From: Eledone cirrhosa
Taxonomy: Eukaryota
NCBI GenBank assembly: GCA_964016885.1
Contig: OZ024747.1
Coordinates: forward strand, 14,694,001 to 14,758,000
DNA length: 64,000 nt
Reading direction: 5' to 3'
The position numbers and the translations under genes are program-made. This document shows positions 59,995-64,000 of this stretch, in pieces (the stretch's first letter is position 1; every line of letters starts with the position of its first letter). The notes under the pieces were generated by a model, which was not told where the DNA came from, did not search any database, and worked only from the letters and a program-made list of their open reading frames with translations.

Positions 59995-60703
59995 AGTGAC
60001 ACCATGGCAAAATGTCAAAAATCATAAGTATATTACATTTCTGCTCCTTATCTATCACATTTCGTGTAATGATTATTCGTTGGATCAGTAAATAACACTT
60101 AGGAACTGCCATGGAGGGGTAGGGTGCGTATGTTGATTTTCGCATCAAAATCAAAATACAAGAAAACAACGACTTTACAAGAACTACTAATATCTTAACA
60201 TTGCCGAACTAATATTTTTGATCTTTACAAAGATTAAAGAGAATCGGATGCAAAAATGTCTAAAGTAGGTGCAGATCAAAAGATATTCGAAAGATTCTTA
60301 GTGAATCAGGGAATCTTTCAATCTGGTTTTGTTAGAAGTTGTGTGACCATAAAAATTACATATTGGCAACTGTGCCACTACACGACTATGCCACCAGCCT
60401 CATTGAACTAAATGGAAGTAAAGCATATCCATGAAATAAATATAAACAAATACTTATCAATGTGTTTAAACATACGTCAGCACCTGAGATAGACATTATA
60501 TTAAAGTGCTAAGTAATATCACAACACATTCAAAACTACCTACATACATATACACACACACACATAAATATATATACACATATATATATATGTGTGTGTG
60601 TGTATATATACATATTTATATATATTTATATATATATACTTACATACATATGTACATATATATATGTATATATATATATGTTTCAAGAGATATGTTTCAA
60701 GAG

Positions 60704-60905
<202 letters not shown>

Positions 60906-61025
60906 ATGCATGTATACCTGTGCGTGTGTGTTCGAAGAGATATGTAGAAGTAACGGAGGTAAGAGTGGGTGGATTAGATTTGCTTATCATTTTCAGTAAT
61001 AACTTTATCTATTGCTGAATTAACC

Positions 61026-61122
<97 letters not shown>

Positions 61123-61233
61123 CAGGAATAACAACACGATCGGTAGAGTATATGGAAGGAATATATTAGGTTAACGCTTGAAATAGCAGGAAGAGGGTCT
61201 TATTGCTAACAGATTGTATATAGATATATATAG

Positions 61234-61451
61234 ATATTTATTAAAATAACAGATTAAAGTTTAAGCAAAGAATCGCTGCTTCCACACTTAACGGTCTCTT
61301 CTGAAACTAAAAACATCAATCTGTGAACGCAGAAGTAAATATTTCGAAAAACGTTGCAACCGAAGGAAGACAGGAAGACGATATATATATTTGATATATA
61401 TTTATCCTTATCGATCCCCCTTTGAATTTTAGTCTTCAAATTTATTATTAT

Positions 61452-61454
<3 letters not shown>
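61234..61454. mobile_element. Family H two-arm insert
   Basis: 61234-61380 is the inverted arm from the short end. ~61385-61454 is the sense arm to the long end. Confidence 0.75.
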
Positions 61455-61500
<46 letters not shown>

Positions 61501-62181
61501 TGAGCCGGAAAAACAAAATAATTACATACATATTTGCAAAAGTTGTCAGATATATCATCATATCTTTATATACATTGAATTATTGAATCCTGGTTGAATC
61601 TTGAGCAGTTAGACATATAATTATTCGAGAAGACTTGAAGAAAATATGTACTTAGATCAATACGAACGACTATATAATACCACTGCCCCAGCTTAGCTGC
61701 AGTTTAATGAGTGAAACCAGTAAAAGTATAACATATTTAAAATTGAAGAAACAAGAGACTGCCTGAAAGACGGGTTATGCTGCATGTGCATCAATATATA
61801 TATACGCCCTAAGCTTAAAACCGCAGAATCATGTGGAAATGTTCATTAATACTACTTATCTTATTATGATATTTTCTGAATTAAATAAACGGAAATTACT
61901 TCCGTAGCAATGGAAAGAACAAAGGAAAAACCTCACCAACACATTATTTGATTACGAGGTGTATTATAGTTATCTAATTATTTTTGAATATTTTCTTTAG
62001 TTCCAACGAAAGTTTATTGTTCAGGAAATGAATTTGTTGCCAGGCCATTTTCTTTCAGTGTCTCTTGACTATGTTTGATTATATATATGTTTATAATCAT
62101 TTCATTATACTGAAATAATGGCGACCATAGGTGATATAAATATGTATGTATGCATGTACATATATATGTGTGTATGTATGC

Positions 62182-62245
<64 letters not shown>

Positions 62246-62249
62246 TATA

Positions 62250-62410
62250 GTAATAATAATACATTTGAAGACTAAAATCCAAAGATGGCTCGATAAGGAT
62301 AAATATATATCAAATATATAAGAACCGTAGAGCAAATATTTATTAAAATAACAGATTAAAGTTTAAGCAAAGAATCGCTGCTTTCACGCTTAACGGGATC
62401 TTCTGAAACT

Positions 62411-62413
<3 letters not shown>
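62250..62413 (-). mobile_element. Family H colinear (non-inverted) terminus
   Basis: Contains the short-end and long-end segments contiguously, which defines their native order. (TA)n-flanked. Confidence 0.75.
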
Positions 62414-62447
<34 letters not shown>

Positions 62448-62517
62448 CACATATATATATATATATATATATATATTCGCATATATATTTGTGTGCGTAT
62501 ATGTACACACACGCACA

Positions 62518-62567
<50 letters not shown>

Positions 62568-64000
62568 GGGGGGGGGGTGTCTGTGTGTGTGTCTGTGTGT
62601 GTGTCTTTGTGTGCCTGTAAACACAAGAAAGAGAAAGGCAGAGGTGAAAAGGCTGTGTAGGTGCTATCACCCATTGAATAAGCTACTGAGCTTGTTACAT
62701 TACTTCCGCATTGCGAGTTCGTTTTCGACTGCAGGCTTTCCATGTTAAGCTCCAAACTTAATCATATCTGCTTCGGGTTTTATGCTTAATTAGCATAATA
62801 GCGTTTTACTTATTACGAACCTCAATTAGATATATGTGGTCCTAAATTCTAACTTAATTTATTGCTCAAATAATCGCTTTAGTATAGTAAAATAGAAAAA
62901 GGAATCCGATATAATGAACGTGGCAGATGAATTGTAAGAATAGTTGAAGATTAAATATAAATGTTATCTAGCGAAGTAGTCTTATGAAGTGGAAAAAAAT
63001 CTGAAATAATGAAAAGAAGAAAGAATGATACAAAGAGAAAGAAAACAAAAAGCAGAGAAATACAGGAGAGGGCAGGAGATAAAATAGAATATGTGTGAAA
63101 AATAATAGACTTCTTGGAGTAAACGAACCAACATGCAGTAACCATCGGAAAGAGATATAACAAAAATGTTCGAAAAAGACAGTTATACAAAGATAGAGAC
63201 ATACAGATATCTGAATGTATGATGTAAGGACGATTAACGTATCTTAAATTTAAAGCGTTTCGCTAAAGAAAAAAAGGGATGTCAGGCATTTACGTGCTGG
63301 CGTATGTTTCTTTTGATGTTCAGGTTTCCTTTTTCTTCCATGTTATTTTTTAAAACGATTTTTCACGCCAGATAATGCAGAAAAAGAGGGAAAAAAGAGT
63401 TGATAAATGAAAAAAAATATAGCATTGAAATGCTTGCAGATGCATAAAAGAACTCTGGACTATATAGTTACAGGTAAAGAATATATAGCTATATATGAAA
63501 GTACACAAGAACATAATTAAACGCAGACAAATTCATTCACAAATAAAATGTATGAACAGCAAAACATGCAGACCGATATTCACGACTGAAGATGTACAAA
63601 GAAACGCAAGCCTAAATGCACACGTGCGTAAGAGCACACACATGAAGGTAATATACATAAATGTATATATATTATAACACATAGATAACTTAATGTAAAT
63701 GTATATATATTATATTGCCACCAAAATATTATAAGAATGTAATGAAGGTTTAGAGCTACGTTGAATGAAATAGAGAGAGTGGTTGGGTTCAGATAAATAT
63801 ACTTTTCTATACGTACACTCATATATAGTTAACGGGCTTTAAACGATGATGATGAATGTATACGTGTGTGTGTGTGAGAGAGAGAGAGACAGAGGGAGAA
63901 TACATGAGAGAGAGAGAATATATATATATGAATAATTATTTTCTCTTTCCCATCCCTCTCTATACATATATGTGTCCTTGTGTGTGTATACGCATACACA

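Overview
This is AT-rich, microsatellite-dense animal DNA. I found no host gene, so it is probably intronic or intergenic. The SINE and LINE repertoire looks cephalopod (Octopus-like), which is an inference. Nearly all ORFs in the track are translations of (TA)n, (CA)n, (GA)n or (GAT)n repeats. The one substantial intact reading frame (30148-31446) is the RT C-terminal half plus GIY-YIG endonuclease of a young, 5'-truncated Penelope-like element (PLE). That element has a 206-bp inverted pseudo-LTR and a minimal hammerhead ribozyme (HHR) motif. About 20 short inserts from roughly ten unrelated sequence families also sit inside (TA)n tracts; many carry whole or half HHR motifs and look like PLE 3' termini. 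Most are two arms joined head-to-head: one arm ends at a family-specific long end, and the other at a family-specific internal TAT/ATA-containing site 57-110 nt upstream. The arm junctions cluster at the hammerhead. The rest is tRNA-derived SINEs, RTE, L1/Tx1 and CRE LINE remnants (one RTE with twin-priming geometry), and Tc2-like, hAT and Tc1/mariner remnants. Coordinates were read by eye and may be off by a few bases.
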